Part shown: piece by piece, positions 1 through 7,513 of the stretch
Position numbering within the stretch: position 1 is the stretch's first letter
How the letters are laid out: every line of letters begins with the position of its first letter
Source of the DNA: Actinomycetota bacterium
GTDB taxonomy: Bacteria; Actinomycetota; Thermoleophilia; Gaiellales; Gaiellaceae
DNA length: 64,000 bases
Direction: 5' to 3'
Assembly (NCBI GenBank): GCA_046729555.1
Contig: JBKPGW010000040.1
Location: 11,553 to 75,552, forward strand
Translations under genes and position numbers: made by a program
The notes under the pieces: model-generated
Database searches by the model: none
What the model saw: only the letters and a program-made list of their open reading frames with translations
Told to the model about the DNA's origin: nothing

Positions 1-1559
1 TGCCGAGCCATCTCGTGCCGATGGACCAAAACGTCAACGCGGTGATCCTGCTGATCGGCCTCGCGGTCGGCGTCGACTACTCGCTCTTCTACCTCAAGCG
101 TGAGCGTGAAGAGCGGGCGGCCGGCAAGAGCTCGCGGGCAGCGATCGAAGCCGCGGCGGCGACGTCCGGCCGTTCGGTGCTCATCTCCGGCTTCACGGTG
201 ATGATCGCGATGGCCGGGATGATGTTCTCCGGCGACAAGACGTACCTCGGCTTCGGCATCGCGACGATGATGGTCGTCGGCATCGCGATGCTCGGCTCGC
301 TGACGGTGCTGCCGGCACTGCTCTCGAAGCTCGGCGACCGCGTGGAGAAGGGCAAGATCCCGTTCCTCCACCGGCTCCGCCGCGACAGCGGTGAGAACCG
401 GTTCTGGAAGAAGATCCTGACGCCGGCAATGCGCCGGCCGGGTATCGCGGCCGCCGTTGCGGGCGGAGCCCTCCTGTTGATGGCTGTCCCCGTGCTGCAC
501 CTGCACACGGCGCAGAGCGGGCTGGACGCGCTGCCGAACAGCGCGCCCACGGTCGAGACGATCAAGAAGGTGCAGAACGAGTTCTCGAACGGCGAGGCCG
601 CTCAGAGCCAGGTCGCGATCAAGGCCGATCTCGACTCGACCGCAACGCAGCACGCGCTCGCGTCCCTGAAGACGCACGTCGAGAAGGCCGACCTGAACAC
701 CGGTTCGATCGACACGGAGTACAACGCAGCGCACACCGTCGCGCGGATCGACATCCCGCTCGTCGGCAAGGGCACGGACGACACGTCCATGGCGGCGCTG
801 GACAAGCTCCGCAACGACATCCTCCCGGCGACGATTGGGAAGGTCGACGGCGCGGAGTACGCGGTCACTGGGCCGACGGCGATCTCAGCGGACCAAAACT
901 CGCTGCTGAAGCGGAAGGCGCCGATCGTCTTCGGCTTCGTGCTCGTGTTCGCGTTCGCGTTGCTGCTGGTCACCTTCCGCTCGATCGTGATCGCATTGAA
1001 GGCGATCGTCCTGAACCTGCTCTCGGTGGGAGCGGCCTACGGCGTGCTGATCGCCGTCTTCCAGTGGGGCTGGGGCGAGAGCCTGCTCGGCTTCCAGGGG
1101 AACGGCGGGATCGCGTCATGGCTGCCGATCTTCATGTTCGTGATCCTGTTCGGACTCTCGATGGACTACCACGTGTTCATCCTGAGCCGCGTGCGGGAGG
1201 CGTTCGACCGCGGCATGACGACGGAGAAGGCGGTCGAGCACGGCATCACGACGACCGCCGGTGTGGTCTCCAGCGCGGCGCTGGTGATGGTCGGCGCGTT
1301 CGCGGTGTTCGCGTTGATGCCGATCCTCGACATGAAGGAGATGGGCATCGGGCTCGCAGCCGCGGTGCTGATCGACGCCACGATCGTCCGGGCAGTGCTG
1401 CTGCCGGCGACGATGAAGCTGCTCGGCGATGCCAACTGGTACCTCCCGAAGTGGCTCGAGTGGCTGCCGAAGCTGGATCACGGGCCGAAGACGGTTGTGC
1501 CGGACGTCGCTCCGGCGCCCGCAGTCGGCGCGTTGCTCCTCCCCGCTCCTTCGCACTGA
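1..1559 (+). CDS. MMPL/RND-superfamily membrane transporter, C-terminal ~515 aa (5' end lies upstream of the window)
   Basis: The frame is open from the window edge. Two hydrophobic multi-TM bundles flank a soluble loop. GVDYSLFYL and GLSMDYHVFILSRVRE motifs are typical of MMPL domains. Stop TGA at 1557-1559. Confidence 0.85.
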   Translation, partial: PSHLVPMDQNVNAVILLIGLAVGVDYSLFYLKREREERAAGKSSRAAIEAAAATSGRSVLISGFTVMIAMAGMMFSGDKTYLGFGIATMMVVGIAMLGSLTVLPALLSKLGDRVEKGKIPFLHRLRRDSGENRFWKKILTPAMRRPGIAAAVAGGALLLMAVPVLHLHTAQSGLDALPNSAPTVETIKKVQNEFSNGEAAQSQVAIKADLDSTATQHALASLKTHVEKADLNTGSIDTEYNAAHTVARIDIPLVGKGTDDTSMAALDKLRNDILPATIGKVDGAEYAVTGPTAISADQNSLLKRKAPIVFGFVLVFAFALLLVTFRSIVIALKAIVLNLLSVGAAYGVLIAVFQWGWGESLLGFQGNGGIASWLPIFMFVILFGLSMDYHVFILSRVREAFDRGMTTEKAVEHGITTTAGVVSSAALVMVGAFAVFALMPILDMKEMGIGLAAAVLIDATIVRAVLLPATMKLLGDANWYLPKWLEWLPKLDHGPKTVVPDVAPAPAVGALLLPAPSH

Positions 1560-1560
1560 C

Positions 1561-1584
1561 GCGCCCCGGTGAGAGCCGGGGCGC
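1561..1584 (+). terminator. Hairpin directly after the MMPL stop (candidate intrinsic terminator)
   Basis: GCGCCCCGG-TGAGAG-CCGGGGCGC (9-bp stem) followed by TTCGCATTTC. Confidence 0.5.
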
Positions 1585-1597
1585 TTCGCATTTCAAG

Positions 1598-1670
1598 AGC
1601 CGGAGGCGGGACTCGAACCCACGGCCCACGGTTTACAAAACCGTTGCTCTACCAACTGAGCTACTCCGGC
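1598..1670 (-). tRNA. tRNA-Thr (anticodon UGU)
   Basis: 73-nt cloverleaf on the minus strand. Acceptor GCCGGAG/CTCCGGC; D arm GCTC-AGTTGGTA-GAGC; anticodon arm ACGGT-TTTGTAA-ACCGT; T arm GTGGG-TTCGAGT-CCCGC. CCA is not encoded. Confidence 0.93.
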
Positions 1671-1699
1671 CTAGCCGCAGAGTAGCGGCGGAAAAGGCT

Positions 1700-1728
1700 G
1701 GGGTCAGACCCCTGCGGGGTCAGACCCC
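1700..1728 (-). repeat. Bipartite palindromic element, copy 1 (REP-like / terminator-like hairpin)
   Basis: GGGGTCAGACCCC-TGC-GGGGTCAGACCCC. On the minus strand it is followed by AGCCTTTTCC. Confidence 0.8.
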
Positions 1729-1901
1729 TCGAGGCCGGAGAGTAAGCCGGCGCGTAGCGCGGCTTACGCGGAGGCGGACTGATGCGACGCGGCCACGCGC
1801 AGCATGGCCGCGCCGCACGGAGGGGAACAAACGCGAACCACAAGTAGCGCGCGGGTTTTGCCCGCGCGCGTTTCACCGCGAAGCGGCGTAACCCAAAACC
1901 T

Positions 1902-1927
1902 GGGGTCTGACCCGCAGGGTCAGACCC
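1902..1927 (-). repeat. Bipartite palindromic element, copy 2 (terminator-like hairpin after the sigma gene)
   Basis: GGGGTCTGACCC-GCA-GGGTCAGACCC, 4 nt after the sigma-factor stop (1932-1934). The minus strand continues AGGTTTTGGGTT. Confidence 0.8.
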
Positions 1928-1931
1928 AGGC

Positions 1932-2984
1932 TTAGGCCGCGTGGACCAAATCGTCGCCTGAGATGGCGACGACTTCGGCCAGCTGGTGCTCCAGGTGGGC
2001 GAGAGCCTCCCGCTCGTCCTGGCGCACGCGCTCGCGGCTGATCTTCAGCTCACGGCCGATCTGCTCCAGCGAGGTCGGCTCGCCGTCGAAGCCGAAGCGC
2101 AGCTCCAACACGCGGCGCTCACGCTCCGGGAGGCGACGCACGGCCTCGCGCACCGAGCGCGCACGCAGCGCCTCGGCAGCCTCGGCTTCCGGATCGACGG
2201 AGTTCGGGTCGGCGAACAGGTCGCCGAGCTCGCCCTCGCCGTCCGAGCCGACCGCCTGGTTCAGCGAAACGGACGCCTCGACCGCGCCGAGCGCCTCCTC
2301 GACGTAGCGCAGCTCGAGACCGGTCGCCTTGGCGAGCTCCTCCTGCGTCGGCTCGTCGCCGCTCGCAGCCTGAAGCCGCTGCTTGGCACGGTTCAGCTTC
2401 ACGCGCCGCTCGTGGACGTGCGTCGGGACGCGGATCGTCGCGGACTGGTTCGAGACCGCACGCTGACAGGCCTGGCGAATCCACCAAGTGGCGTAGGTCG
2501 AGAACTTGAAGCCCTTGCGCCAGTCGAACTTCTCGACGGCGCGGTTCAGGCCGATCACGCCCTCCTGGATCAGGTCGCCAAGCTGGAGCCCGTGGCCCTG
2601 GTAGCGCTTCGCGATCGAGACGACGAGGCGCAGGTTCGAGTTGATCATCCGCTCCTTCGCCGCGGCGTCGCCACGCTCGACACGCTTTGCGAGCGCGACC
2701 TCCTCCGCCGCCGTGAGCAGCGGCCAGCGGCCGGCCTCGTTCATGAACAGCGTGAGGCTGTCCGTCGCGCCCGACGTGACCTCGGGACGGGCGACCGGCT
2801 CCGAGTGCGGAGCCGAGATCACCTCGACGCCGCGCTCCTCGAGCTCGGCGCGGAGGCCGGACAGCTCCTCCTCGTCGAGCTCATGCTCGTGCGCGTACGC
2901 CTCGAGGATCTCCTCCTCGAGCTCTCCGAGCTCTTCCGCCTCGTCGACGAAAGCGCGGGGTTCTAGTTCAGCAAGCTTGGTCAG
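1932..2984 (-). CDS. RpoD-family (group 1/2) sigma-70 factor; start codon non-canonical or uncertain (minimal ORF 1932-2822)
   Basis: Regions 1.2-4.2 are recognisable ([22 protein letters not shown]-terminal HTH). The frame stays open upstream of GTG 2822 up to the stop at 2991-2993. That stretch encodes an acidic region-1.1-like segment (..[22 protein letters not shown]). The only near-cognate start there is CTG 2982-2984, 9 nt downstream of AGAGGAG (rc of 2994-3000). Confidence 0.85.
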   Translation of the reverse strand: MTKLAELEPRAFVDEAEELGELEEEILEAYAHEHELDEEELSGLRAELEERGVEVISAPHSEPVARPEVTSGATDSLTLFMNEAGRWPLLTAAEEVALAKRVERGDAAAKERMINSNLRLVVSIAKRYQGHGLQLGDLIQEGVIGLNRAVEKFDWRKGFKFSTYATWWIRQACQRAVSNQSATIRVPTHVHERRVKLNRAKQRLQAASGDEPTQEELAKATGLELRYVEEALGAVEASVSLNQAVGSDGEGELGDLFADPNSVDPEAEAAEALRARSVREAVRRLPERERRVLELRFGFDGEPTSLEQIGRELKISRERVRQDEREALAHLEHQLAEVVAISGDDLVHAA

Positions 2985-3013
2985 TTCAGTTCACTCCTCT
3001 TCTCTAAAGAATG

Positions 3014-3030
3014 GGCGCCTGGCCGGCGCC
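3014..3030 (-). terminator. Short GC hairpin after the sigH-like gene
   Basis: GGCGCC-TGGCC-GGCGCC. The minus strand continues CATTCTTTAG. The stem is only 6 bp. Confidence 0.35.
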
Positions 3031-3066
3031 ACACCTTCTAAAACGCGCTGCAGCCGCCCTATATTC

Positions 3067-3726
3067 CTACAGGAGAACCTGGCGCGACTTCTGGTGGATC
3101 AGGATCTTCCGTTTGACCCGCTGGAGCGCATTGTCGATCGTCTTCGTGTCGCAGCCCAACTCCTCAGCCATCTGCTCGTAGGACGAGCCCTCCAGATAGA
3201 GACGAAGAGCGTCGGCTTCTAGTTGGGAGAGGCCGCTCCCGAGCGTGAAGACGAGGCTCTGGAGCTCCTCGGTCGAGATCACGCAGACCGAGGGGTCATC
3301 CACGCTCGGCCCCGGCAGGGCGTCGCCGAGAGTGCACTCGCTGTCCGACTCCTGGCCGGCCGGGGTGTGGCTGAAGGAGACATATGTGTTCAAAGGCGCA
3401 TGCTTGAACCGGGTGGCCGTCTTGATCGCCGTGATGATCTGGCGGGTGACGCAGAGCTCGGCGAAGCTCCGGAACGAGGTCTCCTTGTCGGCCCGGAAGT
3501 CGCGGACGGCCTTGTAGAGGCCGATGAGCCCCTCCTGGACGAGGTCCTCCGAGTCGCCGCCGGCGAGGAAGTACGAGCTTGCCTTGAGGCGGACGAACCC
3601 GGTGTAGCGGCGGATCAGGACGTCCAGTGCGCCGCTGTCCCCGTTGCGGGCGCGCAGCACGAGCTGAAGGTCTTCGAGCTCTCTTTGGGCCTTCTGCGCG
3701 GCGGTGGCGGCGGGCCGTGCGGCCAT
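3067..3726 (-). CDS. sigH: Sigma-70 family factor closely resembling Bacillus-type sigma-H (Spo0H)
   Basis: 219 aa. Blocks SYFLAGGDSEDLVQEGLIGLYKAVRDF, SFRSFAELCVTRQIITAIKTATRFKH and IDNALQRVKRK match my recollection of B. subtilis SigH along the full length. ATG 3726 is preceded by GGGGAGA. Confidence 0.8.
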   Translation of the reverse strand: MAARPAATAAQKAQRELEDLQLVLRARNGDSGALDVLIRRYTGFVRLKASSYFLAGGDSEDLVQEGLIGLYKAVRDFRADKETSFRSFAELCVTRQIITAIKTATRFKHAPLNTYVSFSHTPAGQESDSECTLGDALPGPSVDDPSVCVISTEELQSLVFTLGSGLSQLEADALRLYLEGSSYEQMAEELGCDTKTIDNALQRVKRKILIHQKSRQVLL

Positions 3727-3781
3727 CTGGTCTCCCCGGGGTCAGGGGCGAGACGTAAGTCTCACCCTTAGGTTGAGGGAG

Positions 3782-3810
3782 AAGATAGCAAGGTCCGCCG
3801 CTGTTTACAA
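3782..3810 (-). promoter_or_regulatory. Candidate sigma-70-type promoter for the sigH-like gene
   Basis: On the minus strand: TTGTAA (3810-3805), a 17-nt spacer, then TATCTT (3787-3782), about 55 nt upstream of ATG 3726. The -35 hexamer overlaps the stop of the upstream APH pseudogene. Confidence 0.4.
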
Positions 3811-4721
3811 GACGTTTGCAATGGACCCAGCATGATACGAACATATGTTCGCCTCGCCCAGGACCTCGCCAATCGCGTGACGCGCGACGGCGGCGAACCC
3901 GGGATTGGTGTCCATGTAATAAGGCAGGGCGATCAGCCCCATCGAGAGCGCCCAGCCGCGGCCCCGGGCCCACGTGGCATCGTCCACAGCGACCTCGCGG
4001 CGGAAGGTTTCGCGTGCGGCGGCGGGCAAGACGCACCACGCCGGCATCAGGTCGCACGCGGGATCGCCGACACCGACGAGCGAGAAGTCGAGGACCCCCG
4101 TCAGACGGCCGTCGTGAACGAGCAGGTTGCCCGGCAGGAGATCTCCATGCAGCCAGCGCGGGGCGTCCAACCACCCGGGTGCGGCAAGCGCCGCGTCCCA
4201 CGCCACAACCGCGGCATCGACGTTGATCACCCCCTCGAGCTGCTCGAGCGCTTGCCGTGCGGCGGCGTCCTGCGTCGCGAGCGGCGCGCCACGCCGCGTT
4301 GGAGGTCCGTCGAGGTCGATCTCCGCGAATGCGCGAATCAGACGAGCGAGATCCCGAGCGCCACGGGCTCAGCCGCATTGCCCGCCTCAGGATTCGCTCC
4401 CTCGAGCCAGCCGTAGACGGCCCAGCTGGCCGGATACCCGTGGCTCGGAGCTCCCATGGCCAACGCTTCCGGAATGGCGACCGGGAGATACCGACCGAGA
4501 CGCTGCGTCCATTCGTATTCGTGGTCGATCGACGAGCTTCCCGACGGACGCCGCGGCAGGCGCACGACCATGTCGTCGCCTAGCCGATAGAGCGCGTTGT
4601 CCGTCCCCGAGGACGGGACGCGCTCGATCGGCAGGCCCGCCCAGTCGGGGAACTGCTCGGCGAGCAGCCGCCGTGCGAGGGCAGCATCGGTGTGGAGCTC
4701 GTCGGCATGCATCTTCTGCAC
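3805..4721 (-). pseudogene. Aminoglycoside/antibiotic phosphotransferase (APH, kinase-fold) gene split by one frameshift
   Basis: N-lobe ORF 4338-4721 and C-lobe ORF 3805-4230 (HGDLLPGN, LDFSLVGVGDPACD) lie in different frames. The C-lobe frame stays open up to 4368, so both frames are open across 4341-4368, next to a CCC run at 4353-4355. Confidence 0.75.
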
Positions 4722-4737
4722 AGCGCAAGCATGCCGG

Positions 4738-5298
4738 TCAGACCGCCAGGGCTACAGGCCGCACGGGCGTCTCCGCCAGCAGCACGCCGAGCGCCTCGGC
4801 CAGCTGCTCGCGCAGCTCCTCGTCGGCGAGCCTCCCCGCCTCGTCGAACTTCTCCTGCGCGTGACCCACTGCAACGTCGGCTTCGACAACGCGTGCTCCG
4901 GCCGTTGCGAGCACCTTGCGCAGCTCCGCCTGCGACCAGACCGCGCCGAAGGCGCCCGTGCTCGCACCCACGACCAGCGCCGGCGTGTTCCGTAGCGGGG
5001 TGCTCGCGAACGGTCGCGAGACCCAGTCGATCGCATTCTTCAGCTGCCCTGGGATCGAGGCGTTGTACTCCGGCGTAGCGATGAGCAGGGCATCCGCCTC
5101 CGCGACCGCCTCGCGCAGAGAGGCGACGGCCTCCGGCTCGGGCCCGAGCTCGTCGTCCTCGTCGAACGGCGGCACGGCCTTCAGCTCGTCCCAGACCTCG
5201 AGCTCCACAAAGGGAGGGAGAAGCGCCTCCGCGGCGCGGAGGAGCTTCCGGTTGTACGAGTCCCGGCGGAGGCTGCCCGAGATCCCGAGAACCCTCAT
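4738..5298 (-). CDS. NAD(P)H-dependent FMN reductase (flavodoxin-like fold)
   Basis: 186 aa. N-terminus MRVLGISGSLRRDSYNRKLL and TPEYNASIPGQLKNAIDW are typical of the family. Confidence 0.85.
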   Translation of the reverse strand: MRVLGISGSLRRDSYNRKLLRAAEALLPPFVELEVWDELKAVPPFDEDDELGPEPEAVASLREAVAEADALLIATPEYNASIPGQLKNAIDWVSRPFASTPLRNTPALVVGASTGAFGAVWSQAELRKVLATAGARVVEADVAVGHAQEKFDEAGRLADEELREQLAEALGVLLAETPVRPVALAV

Positions 5299-5303
5299 TC
5301 CCG

Positions 5304-5840
5304 TTACGCCTCCTGCAGGAAATAGAGCTCGGCGACCAGCCGAACCTCGTTTGCGAGCGAGGGCTCGCCGCTCGGGAGCGGCATGTTCCAGTTGAGCCCG
5401 AACTCGGTGCGGTCGACTGTCGTCTCCAGCTTCAGGATCAGCCGCTCGCGGCCGTAGCCGTCGGTGAGGGGCCCTGCGATCGTCCCGCTGAGCTCGACGG
5501 GCTTCGTGACGCCGCGAATCGTGATCTCACCGCGGACGGTGACCGTCTCGCCGGAGCGCTCGATCTCCCGAGACTCGAACTTCAGCTCGGGTTGGCGCTC
5601 GGCGTCGAAGAACTCCGGCGACTGCAGGTGGGCCGAGAGGTTCTCGTCCTTGACGTCGACGCTCGCAACGCGGGCCGAGCCCGTGAGGCTCTGCTCCGTC
5701 AGCTTGGCATCCACGTCCCTGAACTGGCCCTTGAAGGTGCCCGCCATGTACGGGATCTCGAAGCCGATCGTGGAATGGACAGGATCCAGGTTCCACGTCC
5801 CGGTCGGCAACGCCGCCTGGGTGTCTGTCAAAACGCTCAT
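5304..5840 (-). CDS. YceI-family (polyisoprenoid-binding) protein
   Basis: 178 aa. WNLDPVHSTIGFEI and GVTKPVEL motifs. ATG 5840 with a GGAGGAG RBS. Confidence 0.85.
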   Translation of the reverse strand: MSVLTDTQAALPTGTWNLDPVHSTIGFEIPYMAGTFKGQFRDVDAKLTEQSLTGSARVASVDVKDENLSAHLQSPEFFDAERQPELKFESREIERSGETVTVRGEITIRGVTKPVELSGTIAGPLTDGYGRERLILKLETTVDRTEFGLNWNMPLPSGEPSLANEVRLVAELYFLQEA

Positions 5841-5868
5841 TTACACTCCTCCTTGAGTGCGCTATAAT
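5840..5868 (+). promoter_or_regulatory. Candidate promoter for the MarR gene
   Basis: TTTACA (5840-5845), a 17-nt spacer, then TATAAT (5863-5868). Confidence 0.4.
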
Positions 5869-5882
5869 TGACTGAGCAACTA

Positions 5883-5911
5883 AATGTACCGAGGAAAGAT
5901 TGTCTAGTCAA
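5883..5911 (-). promoter_or_regulatory. Candidate promoter of the yceI/FMN-reductase operon with an overlapping near-palindromic operator
   Basis: Minus strand: TTGACT (5911-5906), a 17-nt spacer, then TACATT (5888-5883). TTGTCTAGTCAA (5900-5911) is a 10/12 palindrome, and a related half-site TTGACTGAGCAA lies at 5868-5879. Confidence 0.4.
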
Positions 5912-6382
5912 GTATTGAGCGAGCAAGCTTCTGCGCTGGACGCCTTCGCAAGGCTCCTGCGGGCCAACGCGGCTGCCACCAGGGCCATGAACGCCCGGCT
6001 CGTGGCCGACCACGGGCTCACGATCAACGCCTATGAGGCCCTGCTGCTCCTCGCTCATGCGGAGGATCGCCGGATGCGCCGAGTCGATCTGGCCGAGAAG
6101 CTGATCCTGACGGCCTCAGGGGTCACCCGGATGCTGGACGGCCTCGAGCAGGCCGGGTTCGTCGAGCGGGCGGCCTGCGCGAGCGACCGGCGCGTCTCCT
6201 ACGCAGTTCTGACCGAGACCGGCCTCTCGAAGCTCCGGGAGGCGTCGCGCTCCCACACCGCCGACATCCGCGAGTTCTTCGAGGCGCGCTTCAGCGAGCA
6301 GGAGCTCGACCAGCTCGCCGGCCTGCTCGGGCGGATGCCCGGCGCGGCCGAAGCCGTCGGCGAAGCCTGCAGTCCCGACTAG
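5900..6382 (+). CDS. MarR-family transcriptional regulator
   Basis: 160 aa winged-helix pattern (RRVDLAEKLILTASGVTRMLDGLEQAGFVER..DRR). TTG start. Divergent from the yceI operon. Confidence 0.88.
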   Translation: MSSQVLSEQASALDAFARLLRANAAATRAMNARLVADHGLTINAYEALLLLAHAEDRRMRRVDLAEKLILTASGVTRMLDGLEQAGFVERAACASDRRVSYAVLTETGLSKLREASRSHTADIREFFEARFSEQELDQLAGLLGRMPGAAEAVGEACSPD

Positions 6383-6810
6383 CCGCCGCGCCGCAGCCGC
6401 TCGAGCTTCGCGCGAGTCTCGGGATCGAGGGTGTCGCGCAGGTGGTGCGGCCGCTCCTCGCTGTGGGACACGGCCTCCATGTCGCCGAGGAACGTCGCCG
6501 ACGAGCGCTTCTGCACCTCCTGCCCGGACGTTCCGCGCACGGCGACGTCGGAGGAAACGAGACAGACAACGTCCGTCGCGCGATTCTCCGCGGCGAGACG
6601 CTCGAGCAGTGTGTCCGCGTTCTCGGCATAACGAACCTCGAGCGGACCGTACGACTCGTCCGCCCCGCTCCCGTCGAAGACGAGCACCCCGCGCGCACCC
6701 TTGAGGGCCACGAAGCTGGCGAGCTCGTCCCGGAGCTGACGCAGGTCCTCGTAGTTCCCGGCGTGGAAGAGGTTATGGCCGTCGAAGAGGTACAGCGTCG
6801 GCTCAGCCAT
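6379..6810 (-). CDS. yacP: YacP/Rae1-like NYN-domain ribonuclease
   Basis: LYLFDGHNLFHA and VLVFDGSG motifs. ATG 6808-6810 is preferred; the longest ORF starts at 6831. Lies directly downstream of rlmB, as in Bacillus. Confidence 0.78.
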   Translation of the reverse strand: MAEPTLYLFDGHNLFHAGNYEDLRQLRDELASFVALKGARGVLVFDGSGADESYGPLEVRYAENADTLLERLAAENRATDVVCLVSSDVAVRGTSGQEVQKRSSATFLGDMEAVSHSEERPHHLRDTLDPETRAKLERLRRGG

Positions 6811-7513
6811 CGCGTTGCCTCTTCGCCTCATAGAGCAGCAACGCCGCCGCGACGCTGACGTTCAACGACTCGACGTTCCCTGCCATCGGAATCGAGACGA
6901 CCTCGTCGCACGTCCGGCGCACCAGAGGACGCAGGCCCTTCCCTTCGGCGCCGAAGACGAGCGCGACCCCGCCGCTGAGATCCGTCTCCCACATCGGCTT
7001 GGCGCCGTCGCCGACCGCTCCGAAGATCCAGAGGTCGCCGCGCTTCACCTCGCCGAGGTAGCGCGCGAGATTCGGCACCACCGCGACCGAAACGTGCTCG
7101 ACCGCCCCGGCCGACGCGCGGCAGACCGCCGGCGTCACCGTCGCGGCGCCGTGCGCAGGCACGACCACGCCCGTCGCGCCTGCTCCCTCCGCGCTGCGGA
7201 TGACCGCGCCGAGGTTGCGCGGATCGGTGACCTGGTCGAGACAGGCGAGCAGCGGCCGCTCGGCGCCGGCGAGCTCCCAGCCGTCCGCGTAGCGATAGGG
7301 CTCGCACCACGCGAGCACCCCTTGATGGTCGCGCGTGCCGGCTGCCTCGCTGAGCTCGCGCTCGAGCTTCGTTTGCAGGCGTGGCCGCTCGAGCGCGCGT
7401 AGCCACGACTCGGCTTTCAGCGCTCGTTCGGTCGCCCAGAGCTCGAGCACCTCGCGCCGGCCGCGCAACGCCTCACGCACGGCACGCCGACCGTAGACCT
7501 GCTCGCGCGTCAC
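6803..7513 (-). CDS. rlmB: 23S rRNA (guanosine-2'-O)-methyltransferase RlmB (SpoU/TrmH class)
   Basis: 236 aa. YGRRAVREAL N-domain; LVFGAEGKGL and IPMAGNVESLNVSVAAAL SpoU motifs. The GTG start overlaps the cysS stop (GTGA at 7510-7513). Confidence 0.85.
   Translation of the reverse strand: MTREQVYGRRAVREALRGRREVLELWATERALKAESWLRALERPRLQTKLERELSEAAGTRDHQGVLAWCEPYRYADGWELAGAERPLLACLDQVTDPRNLGAVIRSAEGAGATGVVVPAHGAATVTPAVCRASAGAVEHVSVAVVPNLARYLGEVKRGDLWIFGAVGDGAKPMWETDLSGGVALVFGAEGKGLRPLVRRTCDEVVSIPMAGNVESLNVSVAAALLLYEAKRQRDG

Noticed and set aside
1700-1927. Possible CRISPR array, suggested by the repeated GGGGTC.GACCCC units.
   Set aside because: There are only two 13-mers per locus, separated by 3 nt. 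The loci are kilobases apart. There are no spacers of 25-40 nt and no cas genes.
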